A DNA stretch of 64,000 bases, taken from positions 357 through 64,356 of the forward strand of contig CALXFH010000008.1 of assembly GCA_944387555.1 (NCBI GenBank), in the 5' to 3' direction. Both the position numbers and the translations under genes were made by a program. Positions 20,237-29,991 of the stretch are shown piece after piece; the stretch's first letter is position 1, and each line of letters begins with the position of its first letter. Under the pieces are notes generated by a model that did not search any database, was not told the DNA's origin, and worked only from the letters and a program-made list of their open reading frames with translations. Source of the DNA: an uncultured Clostridia bacterium (GTDB taxonomy: Bacteria > Bacillota > Clostridia > TANB77 > CAG-508).

Positions 20237-22048
20237 TTATTGCTCATTAAATATTGCTTCAAATTCATCTGCTTCAATTTTTTCTTTTTCTAGTAATACT
20301 CCAGCAACTTTGTGTAATTTGTCTACATTTTCAGATAAAATTTTCTTTGCTCTTTCATATCCTTTGTCTACTATTTTCTTTGTTTCTTCGTCAATTATAG
20401 CTGCTGTTTTTTCTGAATATTCTTTTGTATGACCAAAATCTCTACCTAAAAATACTTCTTCTTGCCCTTGTCCTAATGTCAATGTTCCTATTCTTTCACT
20501 CATACCATATTTTGTAACCATACTTCTTGCAATTTTAGTTGCTCTTTCTATATCATTACTTGCTCCTGTTGATATATCATTTAGTATCAAAGCCTCTGCT
20601 ACTCTACCACCAAGTAATGATACTATATTTTCTTCCATTTCTGTTTTTGACATGAATGACTTGTCTTCTGTTGGTCTATACATTGTATATCCACCAGCCA
20701 TTCCTCTTGGTACTATTGATATTTGATGTACAGGATCTTGTGTTGGTAAGAAATGACTTACTACTGCATGACCTGCTTCATGATATGCAACCAATTTATT
20801 TTCTTTTTCGCTTCTTACTTTTGTCTTCTTTTCTGGTCCCATTGTTACCTTAACCATTGCATCTTCTATTTCTTGCATTCCTATTTCATTTAAGTTTCTT
20901 CTTGCTGCAAGTAATGCTGCTTCATTTAATACATTTTCCAAATCTGCTCCTGCAAATCCTGATGTGTTTTTAGCAATTACCTTTAAGTCAACATCATCTG
21001 CAAGTCTTTTCTTTCTACTATGAACTTCTAATATTTGTTCTCTTGCTTTTACATCTGGCATTCCTACTACTATTTGTCTATCAAATCTTCCTGCTCTTAA
21101 TAGCGCTTTATCTAATACGTCTGGTCTGTTTGTTGCAGCTAAAACTATTACACCTTCGTTTTCAGCAAATCCATCCATTTCTACTAATAATTGGTTTAAT
21201 GTTTGTTCTCTTTCATCATGTCCACCGCCAAGTCCTGCACCTCTTTGACGTCCTACTGCATCTATTTCATCTATAAATATAATACATGGTGCGTTTTTCT
21301 TCGCTTGGTCAAATAAGTCTCTAACACGTGATGCACCAACACCAACAAACATTTCAACAAAGTCTGAACCACTTATTATAAAGAATGGTACTCCTGCTTC
21401 TCCGGCTACTGCTTTAGCAAGTAATGTTTTACCAGTTCCTGGTTGTCCAACAAGCAATACTCCTTTTGGTATTCTTGCGCCCATATCTGTATATTTTTTA
21501 GGATTTTTCAAAAATTCTACTATTTCTTCTAATTCTTCTTTTTCTTCATCTACACCTGCTACATCATCAAATGTTATTCTATTTTTATCTGCTGGTGTCA
21601 TCATTCTAGCTTTACTTTTACCAAATGTCATTGTTTTTCCACCTGGGTTTCCTTGTCCTGCTCCACCCATCATCAAGAACCAGAATATAAAGAATATTAT
21701 TAATAATCCAAATGGTGTAAGTAAGCTAAGTACTGTTACAAATATTGATTGTGATTTTTCTTCTAGTGTAAATGCTCCTTCTTTTAAATACTCTTCAGCA
21801 TAATTCATGAAATTATCCATGCTTGGAATATTTACTTCTTTTCTTGCTCTATCATCTTTTAAAGTTACTGTTGCTGATGTTCCATCTGCTTCTATCTCTA
21901 TGTCCTCAACATTTCCATTGTTAATATTAGTGATTAACTCTGAATATTGAAGCTTTGAGTCGCTATTTTCTACTATTGATGATAGTACAACAATAAAAAT
22001 TACCCCTATTATTAACCACATTGCTAATGTTTTAATTCCGTTTTTCAA
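20237..22048 (-). CDS. ftsH: ATP-dependent zinc metalloprotease FtsH
   Basis: Walker [12 protein letters not shown] region and HEAGH zinc motif. Likely TTG start at 22048, 7 nt after AGGAGG. The ORF-track ATG at 22123 has no SD. Confidence 0.95.
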   Translation of the reverse strand: MKNGIKTLAMWLIIGVIFIVVLSSIVENSDSKLQYSELITNINNGNVEDIEIEADGTSATVTLKDDRARKEVNIPSMDNFMNYAEEYLKEGAFTLEEKSQSIFVTVLSLLTPFGLLIIFFIFWFLMMGGAGQGNPGGKTMTFGKSKARMMTPADKNRITFDDVAGVDEEKEELEEIVEFLKNPKKYTDMGARIPKGVLLVGQPGTGKTLLAKAVAGEAGVPFFIISGSDFVEMFVGVGASRVRDLFDQAKKNAPCIIFIDEIDAVGRQRGAGLGGGHDEREQTLNQLLVEMDGFAENEGVIVLAATNRPDVLDKALLRAGRFDRQIVVGMPDVKAREQILEVHSRKKRLADDVDLKVIAKNTSGFAGADLENVLNEAALLAARRNLNEIGMQEIEDAMVKVTMGPEKKTKVRSEKENKLVAYHEAGHAVVSHFLPTQDPVHQISIVPRGMAGGYTMYRPTEDKSFMSKTEMEENIVSLLGGRVAEALILNDISTGASNDIERATKIARSMVTKYGMSERIGTLTLGQGQEEVFLGRDFGHTKEYSEKTAAIIDEETKKIVDKGYERAKKILSENVDKLHKVAGVLLEKEKIEADEFEAIFNEQ

Positions 22049-22181
22049 AATAATTCCTCCTCTTGTTTTACTTTTGCATTTTTCATACTTTCTTATACCA
22101 TATATTTTTTTCTTTGTAAACAATTTTTTTATGACTTTTTTGTTACAAACAAGCTAGTTTTCCAAGATTTATTACGGCTAC

Positions 22182-23168
22182 TTAATTTTCCTTTATGAAA
22201 TAAATTTTATGATTTTTTACCAATACTTTTATATTTTTATTTGGTGTTAGATATTTATTACCTACATTATTGCTACAAAGTTTTATTATATCTTCTATAT
22301 GTACTTTAGCAATTTCCTTACTTGTTCCAAACAGTCTTGTTATAGTATATAAAATAATCCTTGATTTTATTACTTTTTCTTGCTTATTGAAAGCTTTTAA
22401 ATCAACAACTATTTCTTTTTCATCTTCATCAATCACTATTTCCTTATATATTTTTTCTACTTGTTCTTCTATATAATCCTCTTCATCTGTTACTAAGCTA
22501 GATAATCTATTTAATGTTTCTATTATATTAGGATTAAATTCCTTCTTTATATACGGAATAAGGATGTTCCTAATTTTATTCCTTGTATATGTGTTTTCAA
22601 AATTAGTTTTATCTATTCTTGGATTTAATTTTTCTTTTTCGCAATAATCTTCAATTTCAGCTCTTTCACACTCTATTAATGGTCTTATATATTTTCCTCT
22701 TTTTGCTTCTATTCCTTTCAAACCTGTTATTCCGCTACCTCTTATCATATTCATTATTATTGTTTCTGCTTTATCGTTTTTATTATGTGCAACACCTATT
22801 TTATTAGAGCCTGTTTTTTCTAAAACTTCATCAAAAAATTTATATCTTACCATTCTTCCTGCTTCTTCAGTTCCTACTTTATTATTATTGGCAAGTTTTT
22901 TAACATCTATACTTTTTGAATAAAATTCTATTTTATTTTCATTACAATATTTTTTTACATATTCTTCGTCTTCTTTTGCTTCTTTTCTTATCATATGATT
23001 TACATGTGCAACTACAAATTCAAAACTAATAATACCATCTTTTTTTATTTCATTTAAGATATTTAACATTGATATAGAGTCTGGTCCTCCAGACACTGCT
23101 AATACCAATTTATCTCCATTTTCTATTAAATTATATTTTTTTATTGTTTCTAATACTTTTTCTTCCAT
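22182..23168 (-). CDS. tilS: tRNA(Ile)-lysidine synthase
   Basis: SGGPDS PP-loop. Start taken at MEEKVLETIKKY. Confidence 0.9.
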   Translation of the reverse strand: MEEKVLETIKKYNLIENGDKLVLAVSGGPDSISMLNILNEIKKDGIISFEFVVAHVNHMIRKEAKEDEEYVKKYCNENKIEFYSKSIDVKKLANNNKVGTEEAGRMVRYKFFDEVLEKTGSNKIGVAHNKNDKAETIIMNMIRGSGITGLKGIEAKRGKYIRPLIECERAEIEDYCEKEKLNPRIDKTNFENTYTRNKIRNILIPYIKKEFNPNIIETLNRLSSLVTDEEDYIEEQVEKIYKEIVIDEDEKEIVVDLKAFNKQEKVIKSRIILYTITRLFGTSKEIAKVHIEDIIKLCSNNVGNKYLTPNKNIKVLVKNHKIYFIKEN

Positions 23169-23273
23169 TTCTATCTTCCTTCTTTGCAAAAAATAAAATA
23201 AGTAACATCTTAAATATTACTTATTTTACTATATTTTCATCTATTTTTCAAGTGCCTTAATTTTATATATCTT

Positions 23274-24258
23274 TCATTTAATTTCCATCTTTGTTTTTAA
23301 TTTTTCTACTTCTTTTTCACTAAGTTCTGTTATTTCTTCTACTTGACTTACACTATATCCCATAGTTAACAAATTTTTAGCTACACTTATTTTTCCCTCT
23401 TTTCTGCCTTCTTTTATGCCTTCCCTTCTACCTTCTCTTCTACCTCTCCTTCTTTCGCCTTCTATTTCGTTTCTTATTGTTCTCTTGTTATTGCTAATTC
23501 CATATCTTCTCCACTTCCTTTCCCATTTATTATTCTTCTATATAATTCTAAAATTTCTTCTCTTGTTTCTTCACTTAAGTCATTCACCATAATGTTCTTT
23601 ATTAGGTTTTCTATATATTTTAAGCCATTTTCGTCTAAATGTTTTATCATCTTTTTTAATATTTCACCTAATTTTTCTGTTTTCTTTACCTTTTCTATTA
23701 ACATTACTTTAGTAATTAGACTATTATCTTTTAACAATTCTTCTTCTGTACATTTATTTACATCTAATATTGAGTAATTTCCTAAAGTTTTATTATCTCC
23801 AATAACTACTCTTGCTCCATCTTCTAATTTATATTGTATATTTCTAATATACAATTCAGCATCCCATTCTTTTCTTCCTGTATAAATACAATTCCAATAA
23901 CTAAAGCTTCTTTATTATCCTTTGTATTTTTATAACTTTCCCAGCTTCTCATAACTTCTATTTGGTAATTTGACATCCTATATGGCATTCTATAATCAAT
24001 TACACTTTGATGTTCTAAAACAAAATATATATTTTCCCCTTTTATCTTATATACGCAATCTGCTTCTTTATATTTGTAATTACTAGTTATAAAGCTATTA
24101 GTTACTCTTTCTATTTCCCAGAACATTAAACTTATTCCTAAAACCCAATTGATAATATGCACAGCCTCTTTTACATTATAGAATAAGTTTTTAAATACTT
24201 TATCTTGTTTATTTCTAATTTTATTTTTAGTAGTATTTTTTGTTTTCTGTTTTCTCAA
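23274..24258 (-). pseudogene. Rpn-family (YhgA-like, PD-(D/E)XK) recombination-promoting nuclease or putative transposase, disrupted by two frameshifts
   Basis: Three consecutive frames together give a complete Rpn-like protein. Piece 1 has the N-terminal nuclease core (EADCVYKI...VLEHQS). Piece 2 starts YTGRKEWDAEL after a shift at a T-run near 23880. Piece 3 is the EGRREGIKEGRKEG repeat tail, after a second shift near 23474. Confidence 0.6.
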
Positions 24259-24588
24259 ATATCTTCCTCCTTATTATAATATCCTATTATTTATAAATCA
24301 AATTTAATTTTGTGGTAAAAGTAAGAGTTTAAGTATTAATACTCATTTTTTCTTTGTTTTTCTAATTTTTCCTTTGAATTTTCCCGATTTAAAAATTTTG
24401 AATAAATTCCATATTTAATGTAAAAATCTTAAATATGAGAAAAAATATTAGTTAACTAAATTTTAATAAGACTATAACATATTTATATCATTTTTACAAG
24501 CAATTTTTAAAGAAACTTAAAATTTTCATCGCAAAATTCGACAAAAAACTACATATAAATTTTAAGAGGAGAATAAAATCTCCTCTTA

Positions 24589-25923
24589 TTAGTTATCAAA
24601 TCCTTTTGCAATATTAACAAATTTTGTATAATTTCCAAGCCATAGAAGTTCTACTGTACCAGTTGATCCTCCTCTATGTTTTGCAATTATTACTTCTGCT
24701 ATATTTTTCTTTTCACTATCTTCATTATAATAATCATCTCTATATAAGAACATTACAATATCAGCATCCTGTTCTATAGCTCCAGACTCTCTTAAGTCAG
24801 ATAACATTGGTCTATGGTCTGGTCTTTGTTCTGCCGCTCTTGATAACTGTGATAATGCAATTACTGGAACATCTAATTCTTTTGCTAAAATCTTTAAAGA
24901 ACGACTTATTTCTGATATTTCTTGCTCACGGCTTCCATTTCTTTTATTAGTTCCTTGTATTAACTGTAAATAATCTATTACAACTAGACCTATATTTTTT
25001 TCAATTTTTAACTTTCTACATTTAGCTCTTATTTCCATTATATTTATACCTGGTGTATCATCTATATACATTTCTGCTTCTGATAAAGGACCAATTGTTT
25101 CTGCAAGCTTAGTCCAGTCTTCTTCATCTAGTTTACCTGTTCTTACTTTATTACTATCTACCATAGACTCTGAACATAAAATTCTGTTTACTAATTGTTC
25201 TTTTGACATTTCCAAACTAAATACTGCTACTGGTACATTTGCCCTTAATGCTGCATTTGTTGCAATATTTAATGCAAATGCTGTTTTTCCCATAGCAGGT
25301 CTTGCAGCAATTAATATTAATTCAGAACCATGAAAACCTGCTGTTCTATAGTCTAAATCTGTAAAACCTGAAGGTACACCTGTTATATGTTGTTTTCTGT
25401 TATATAATTCTTCTAACTTTGTAAAACTTTCTACTAATACATCTTTTAATGGACTATAACCTTTTTGGTCCTTATCTTGCATAATATTAAAGATTTTCTT
25501 TTCTGCACCTTCCATTATGTCATCAACATCTTCAGTTGGATTATATCCAAGTTCTATTATTTCATTAGCTGTTTTTATTAAATTTCTAAGTGTTGCTTTT
25601 TCTTCTACTATTTTTATATATTTCATAGCATTTGCAGTTGTTGGTACTTTTTCTGGTAATTCTGCTAAATATTCTAAGCCACCTACATTATCAAGTCTTC
25701 CCATTGACTCTAATTCTGCTCTTACTGTTATAATATCAATTGGCTCAGAACGATTATATAAGTTTAGTATTGCTTCATATATTGTTTTATTATCTTCTCT
25801 ATAAAAATCATCTGGTTTTAATACCTCAATTGCAGAAATTACAGCATCTCTATCTGTTAACATACTACCAATAATTGCTTGTTCTGCTTCTATATCATTT
25901 GGTGGTACTTTACCTAGTTCCAT
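24589..25923 (-). CDS. dnaB: replicative DNA helicase
   Basis: 444 aa, DnaB N-terminal domain, Walker A ARPAMGKT. Confidence 0.96.
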   Translation of the reverse strand: MELGKVPPNDIEAEQAIIGSMLTDRDAVISAIEVLKPDDFYREDNKTIYEAILNLYNRSEPIDIITVRAELESMGRLDNVGGLEYLAELPEKVPTTANAMKYIKIVEEKATLRNLIKTANEIIELGYNPTEDVDDIMEGAEKKIFNIMQDKDQKGYSPLKDVLVESFTKLEELYNRKQHITGVPSGFTDLDYRTAGFHGSELILIAARPAMGKTAFALNIATNAALRANVPVAVFSLEMSKEQLVNRILCSESMVDSNKVRTGKLDEEDWTKLAETIGPLSEAEMYIDDTPGINIMEIRAKCRKLKIEKNIGLVVIDYLQLIQGTNKRNGSREQEISEISRSLKILAKELDVPVIALSQLSRAAEQRPDHRPMLSDLRESGAIEQDADIVMFLYRDDYYNEDSEKKNIAEVIIAKHRGGSTGTVELLWLGNYTKFVNIAKGFDN

Positions 25924-25934
25924 TGTCTCAACTC

Positions 25935-26381
25935 CTATTTACTTATTACATCTACTTTTAAGTTTCCAATAACTCCATCATATAGTTTTATTGTTACTGT
26001 TCTTAGTCCTAATGTTTTTATTGTTTCTTTTAAATCTATTTTCTTTTTATCTACTTCTATATTATAATTTTTCTTTAATAAGTCTGCTATTTCTTTTGCT
26101 GATACTCCACCAAAGATTTTTCCATTTTCTCCTGCTTGTACTGGTACTTTTAATTGAATACCAGCAAGCTTCTCAGCAACCTTTTTAGCTTCTTCTCTTT
26201 CCTGTTCTTTCTTATATGCTTTAGAGTCATTTTTAGCTTTTAATTTACTCATATTTTCACTATTTGCTTCTACTGCTAATCCTTTTGGTAATAAGAAGTT
26301 TCTTGCATATCCATCAGCTGCATTTATTACTTCATCTTTTTTACCTACACCTTTTATATCTGCTTTTAATATTACTTTCAT
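25935..26381 (-). CDS. rplI: 50S ribosomal protein L9
   Basis: 148 aa, MKVILKADIKGVGKKDEV... Confidence 0.95.
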   Translation of the reverse strand: MKVILKADIKGVGKKDEVINAADGYARNFLLPKGLAVEANSENMSKLKAKNDSKAYKKEQEREEAKKVAEKLAGIQLKVPVQAGENGKIFGGVSAKEIADLLKKNYNIEVDKKKIDLKETIKTLGLRTVTIKLYDGVIGNLKVDVISK

Positions 26382-26405
26382 ACTATCACGCCTTTCTAAG
26401 ACAAT

Positions 26406-26434
26406 ATTTTACTCTATTTTTACATTTTTTTCAA
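26406..26434 (-). promoter_or_regulatory. candidate sigma-A promoter of rplI-dnaB
   Basis: Minus strand reads TTGAAA, 17 nt, TAAAAT. Confidence 0.4.
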
Positions 26435-26622
26435 GGTTATTTTAATTAAAAAGAAAAATCAGGTAGCCTATCCAAGTTTCACTTGAACTCGTTCCCTGAT
26501 TTACATCACTCTTTTTTACAAAATAAAGAAGAATTCACAAGGTTTTAATAACATTTACACAGTTAACTTGACAATCTCTCAATTTTCTACTATTTCTAAT
26601 ATTCACAACTCAGGAGTCAGTG

Positions 26623-27831
26623 CTACTTTATATATAAAGTAAGACGCGCTGAATAGTAGTTAGGGGTATTGTACGGATAGTAGTTGTCACGATCGCTAGG
26701 AGCGTAGCCACTGCTAGAGTGACCTCCACGACTAACACGAAGTTCTATGTCGTAGGCCTCTAATGTCCACTCTCTATGACAACCATAAAGGTCATATACA
26801 TTTTTCATAAAATCTTTTTCTTGCTTTCCTGTTGTTGTAGAACTATTTCTTATTGTTTCAGTGCCATCAGCTAATGCTGACACATTTAATCCGTTTGCCT
26901 GCATCCAATTAAGCATTGCATCATATTGACTTCCCCATATCATTGTGCTTACTACTGATTTATTACTATCTTCTGGTGCAAATTCTTTACATTTACTATA
27001 TAAGCCATACCATCTATAAGTATTTGAATTACTTGCATCTGCTGTTGTTACTGATGTATTTGTACTAGCATTTTTTACTACAGGTAGTGTTCCTTCTAAA
27101 CCTAATTCATATCTTCCTACATAAAAACCATGATATTCACTTACACTTTCTATCATCTTATTATATTCTTGTTGTAAACTATCTTCTGTTACTATTTTAT
27201 TTCCATCTTCATCTTGATTATATGAAGAATTATCTGCATGAGTCGAATCTGTTAAATAAGCTGGCTCTCTATAACTAGTTGTAGTTGTCGTACATCCGCT
27301 TTGTACATTTGAACCACTACTTGTAAAGTTATAAAGAAGTCCTCTATAATTATTTCCACTCTTTATTGCCATTGCTTTATTATTTGTTCCATCTGCTTCT
27401 TTTTCTGCTACTGCTGTTTCTACTGGTACCCATACAAATTCATTTCTATTTTCATCTCTTATTACTAACCCCTCTGACACATCATTTAGACCTGGTACTA
27501 TTTCAAAGCCAGATGGTATCCACGCTTTATCTCCATCATCATCTTCGTATTCTTCATTTTTATCTGCTATCATTCCTGGCCCAAATGTTAAATTTTCGTT
27601 ATTTTCATTATAAGCCTGTTCCATCATACTATCAGTCTGGTTATATTCTTCTTGTATTTTATTTAGTTGTGCTTGCTGTGAACTACTCTTGTTCATCATA
27701 GAAAAATAAGCAATAAAGATAACTCCTACAACTACTAACATTGTTGAAAGTACAAATACTGTTATAGAACCTTTTTCACTCTTTTTAAAATTTTTTAAAA
27801 TTTCCTTTTTTTCTCTTTTTTCTTTTTTCAT
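26623..27831 (-). CDS. membrane-anchored FGE-sulfatase / C-type-lectin-fold protein (candidate DGR variable protein)
   Basis: 402 aa with an N-terminal signal anchor. The C-terminal half has FGE/CLec-like landmarks GFYVGRYELG, WGSQYDAMLNWM, YDLYGCHREWT, RVSRGG and ARLTL. An AAAGGAG SD lies ~13 nt before the ATG, and the gene starts 20 nt after the gdpP stop. Confidence 0.75.
   Translation of the reverse strand: MKKEKREKKEILKNFKKSEKGSITVFVLSTMLVVVGVIFIAYFSMMNKSSSQQAQLNKIQEEYNQTDSMMEQAYNENNENLTFGPGMIADKNEEYEDDDGDKAWIPSGFEIVPGLNDVSEGLVIRDENRNEFVWVPVETAVAEKEADGTNNKAMAIKSGNNYRGLLYNFTSSGSNVQSGCTTTTTSYREPAYLTDSTHADNSSYNQDEDGNKIVTEDSLQQEYNKMIESVSEYHGFYVGRYELGLEGTLPVVKNASTNTSVTTADASNSNTYRWYGLYSKCKEFAPEDSNKSVVSTMIWGSQYDAMLNWMQANGLNVSALADGTETIRNSSTTTGKQEKDFMKNVYDLYGCHREWTLEAYDIELRVSRGGHSSSGYAPSDRDNYYPYNTPNYYSARLTLYIK
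26638..26739 (-). other. variable-region-like patch (adenine-depleted scaffold with NNY codons) at the 3' end of the FGE/CLec gene
   Basis: Read from the codons. 17 of 23 consecutive codons are NNY codons reachable from AAY. The 6 scaffold codons contain no A. Every Arg codon in this segment that I translated is CGT. Confidence 0.5.
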
Positions 27832-27851
27832 ATTTGTTGTTTTCTCCTTTG

Positions 27852-29873
27852 TTAACTTTCTATTTCTGTAAAATATTCATGTATTCTGTTTATTAATTCT
27901 TGTTTTGCTTCTTCCATAGTCATATTATCAACTTGAGCACCAGCCAAAGTAATATGACCTCCTCCACCTAACTTTTCTAATATTACTTGTACATTAATAT
28001 CTCCAATAGAACGTCCGCTAATACAAATTTTATCACCAGTATTTCCAAGTACAAATGACGCTGTAATATCACTTATTGTAAGTAACTCGTCTGCTGCTTT
28101 AGCACAAATAAGGTTTGCTTCAGGTGATACTTCATCATATGTCGATATTGCAATTTCATCTTCTAATATTTCTGCTTTCTTTACTATGTCTGCTATTAGG
28201 TTAAAACTCTTTAAATCACTTTGGAACCATTTTTTAACTCTTATTATATCAATACCACATCTACGTAAATATGCCGCTGCCTCAAATGTTCTTACACCTG
28301 TTTTAAATGTAAAGTTTTTAGTATCCATCATAATTCCCGCGTATAAACTTTCTGCTTCTATTGTTTTTAAATTTATTTTCGCTTCTGCATATTGTAGAAG
28401 TTCTGTAACTAGTTCTGCAGCTGATGATGCATAAACTTCTTGGAACATTAAAGTTGCATCTTCAATAAAATCTGTACTTCTTCTGTGATGGTCAACTACA
28501 ACTATCTTTTTAGCTTTATCCAATAATTCTGGACTATCTACATAATTTACTTTATGAGTATCTACTACAACTAATAAAGTATCTTCATCTATATTTTCTA
28601 ATGCCACTTCTTTATTAATGATAACATCTTCATATTCTGGATCCTTTTTAACTTCTTCCATAAAGTTTTCTAAAGCTGGAGTATTATCACTGCAAATTAT
28701 ATATGCATTTGTATTTAAAGTTTTAGCCAAACGATAAATTCCCATACAAGAACCTATACTATCCATATCAGGATTTGTATGTCCCATTACCATTACTTTA
28801 CTTGCATCTTTCATTAAATTCTCTAATGCATGAGCTACTACTCTTGCTTTTACTTTAGTTCTTTTTTCTACTTCTTCTACTCTACCACCAAAGAATTTAT
28901 ATATTTCATTTTCACGAATTACTGCTTGGTCTCCACCACGTCCTAAAACAACATCCATTGCACTTTGAGCTGATTTATATTTTTCTTTATCAGTATTTCC
29001 TTCATTAGATATTGCAATACTTAAAGTAAACTGTACTTTTTCCTTAGTATCTATTTCTTTTATTTTATCTAAGATACTAAATTTATCTTCTTTAACATCA
29101 TCTAAATATCTTTGTTCAAATAAATATACATATCTATCTCTATCTGATTTTATTAAAACGCCATTTGTTTTATTAGCCCAGTCATACATTTGCTTATCAA
29201 TTTCAGCTGTAATTAGTGGTTTTTCTCCTGCATCTAGTCTTTGCATTGTTTCTTCATAATTATCTACCATTATAATTCCAATACAAGATTTAGAATCTCT
29301 ATATTCCTTTTGTAATTTTTTATTTTCTGTATCATCAATAAAGTATAAAATAACCATATATTCCTTTTTGTTTCTTTTGTCTCTATTTCTAAAGTTAACA
29401 TACTTTCCCATTACTTTATACATATTGTTTCCAATTTTCATTTCTGTTAAAATATCACTATTTCCAGTTCCACCACTTGCTATTTCATCTTTAATATCAA
29501 CTATTAAATCATTTAAATATGTATTAATATCTATATTTGCAAACTCAGTATTAAACTTAGTACTTCTCCATATTATATTTCCATCTGTTTCTAAAATAAT
29601 TAATGGAAAAGGTGAATTTATTAAACTTGTTTTAGCTGCTGTATCTACTGTTAAAGTTAAATCTTGCAAAGTTTCTGATATTTCACTTTTTCTTTTTTTA
29701 TTTGCATAATAAGTATATCCTACTATAACTCCGTATAATAGAATTGAAGGTATTATCATATTAATGTTTTCTATACTAATTACTACTAATAAAATTAATA
29801 TTATCGCTAAATATATCTTTGTTCTAGATACAAGCGAGTCAAAGACTTTTCTATTATTATTTTGCATACGCAT
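27852..29873 (-). CDS. gdpP: cyclic-di-AMP phosphodiesterase GdpP
   Basis: 673 aa. Two N-terminal TM helices, PAS-like and degenerate GGDEF regions, DHH (VVVDHHRRS) and DHHA1 (GGGGH) motifs. Confidence 0.88.
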   Translation of the reverse strand: MRMQNNNRKVFDSLVSRTKIYLAIILILLVVISIENINMIIPSILLYGVIVGYTYYANKKRKSEISETLQDLTLTVDTAAKTSLINSPFPLIILETDGNIIWRSTKFNTEFANIDINTYLNDLIVDIKDEIASGGTGNSDILTEMKIGNNMYKVMGKYVNFRNRDKRNKKEYMVILYFIDDTENKKLQKEYRDSKSCIGIIMVDNYEETMQRLDAGEKPLITAEIDKQMYDWANKTNGVLIKSDRDRYVYLFEQRYLDDVKEDKFSILDKIKEIDTKEKVQFTLSIAISNEGNTDKEKYKSAQSAMDVVLGRGGDQAVIRENEIYKFFGGRVEEVEKRTKVKARVVAHALENLMKDASKVMVMGHTNPDMDSIGSCMGIYRLAKTLNTNAYIICSDNTPALENFMEEVKKDPEYEDVIINKEVALENIDEDTLLVVVDTHKVNYVDSPELLDKAKKIVVVDHHRRSTDFIEDATLMFQEVYASSAAELVTELLQYAEAKINLKTIEAESLYAGIMMDTKNFTFKTGVRTFEAAAYLRRCGIDIIRVKKWFQSDLKSFNLIADIVKKAEILEDEIAISTYDEVSPEANLICAKAADELLTISDITASFVLGNTGDKICISGRSIGDINVQVILEKLGGGGHITLAGAQVDNMTMEEAKQELINRIHEYFTEIES

Positions 29874-29895
29874 CTCCTTACATTAATTCTATTTT

Positions 29896-29924
29896 ATTTT
29901 ACTAGCAAATAGTAATTTTGTCAA
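29896..29924 (-). promoter_or_regulatory. candidate sigma-A promoter of gdpP
   Basis: Minus strand reads TTGACA, 17 nt, TAAAAT. Confidence 0.5.
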
Positions 29925-29951
29925 GGTAGTTTACTCCTTCATATCAAAAGA

Positions 29952-29988
29952 AAAGATGTCATATAGGAAATTCCTATATGACATCTTT
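29952..29988 (-). terminator. intrinsic terminator of rpoC
   Basis: aaagatgtcatataggaa / ttcctatatgacatcttt form an 18-bp near-perfect palindrome 3 nt after the rpoC stop, followed by a U-rich tract. Confidence 0.8.
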
Positions 29989-29991
29989 ATA

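Noticed and set aside
20130-20432. The 100-aa plus-strand ORF starting inside repeat copy B.
   Set aside because: It starts within the palindromic repeat and runs antisense to the ftsH 3' end. It has low-complexity composition and no SD.
26382-27831. DGR template repeat, Avd or reverse transcriptase adjacent to the VR-like patch.
   Set aside because: I read every intergenic region over 100 nt and all listed ORFs. There is no second copy of the patch, no AAC-rich near-repeat and no RT-like ORF in the window. The DGR idea therefore rests on the VR signature alone.
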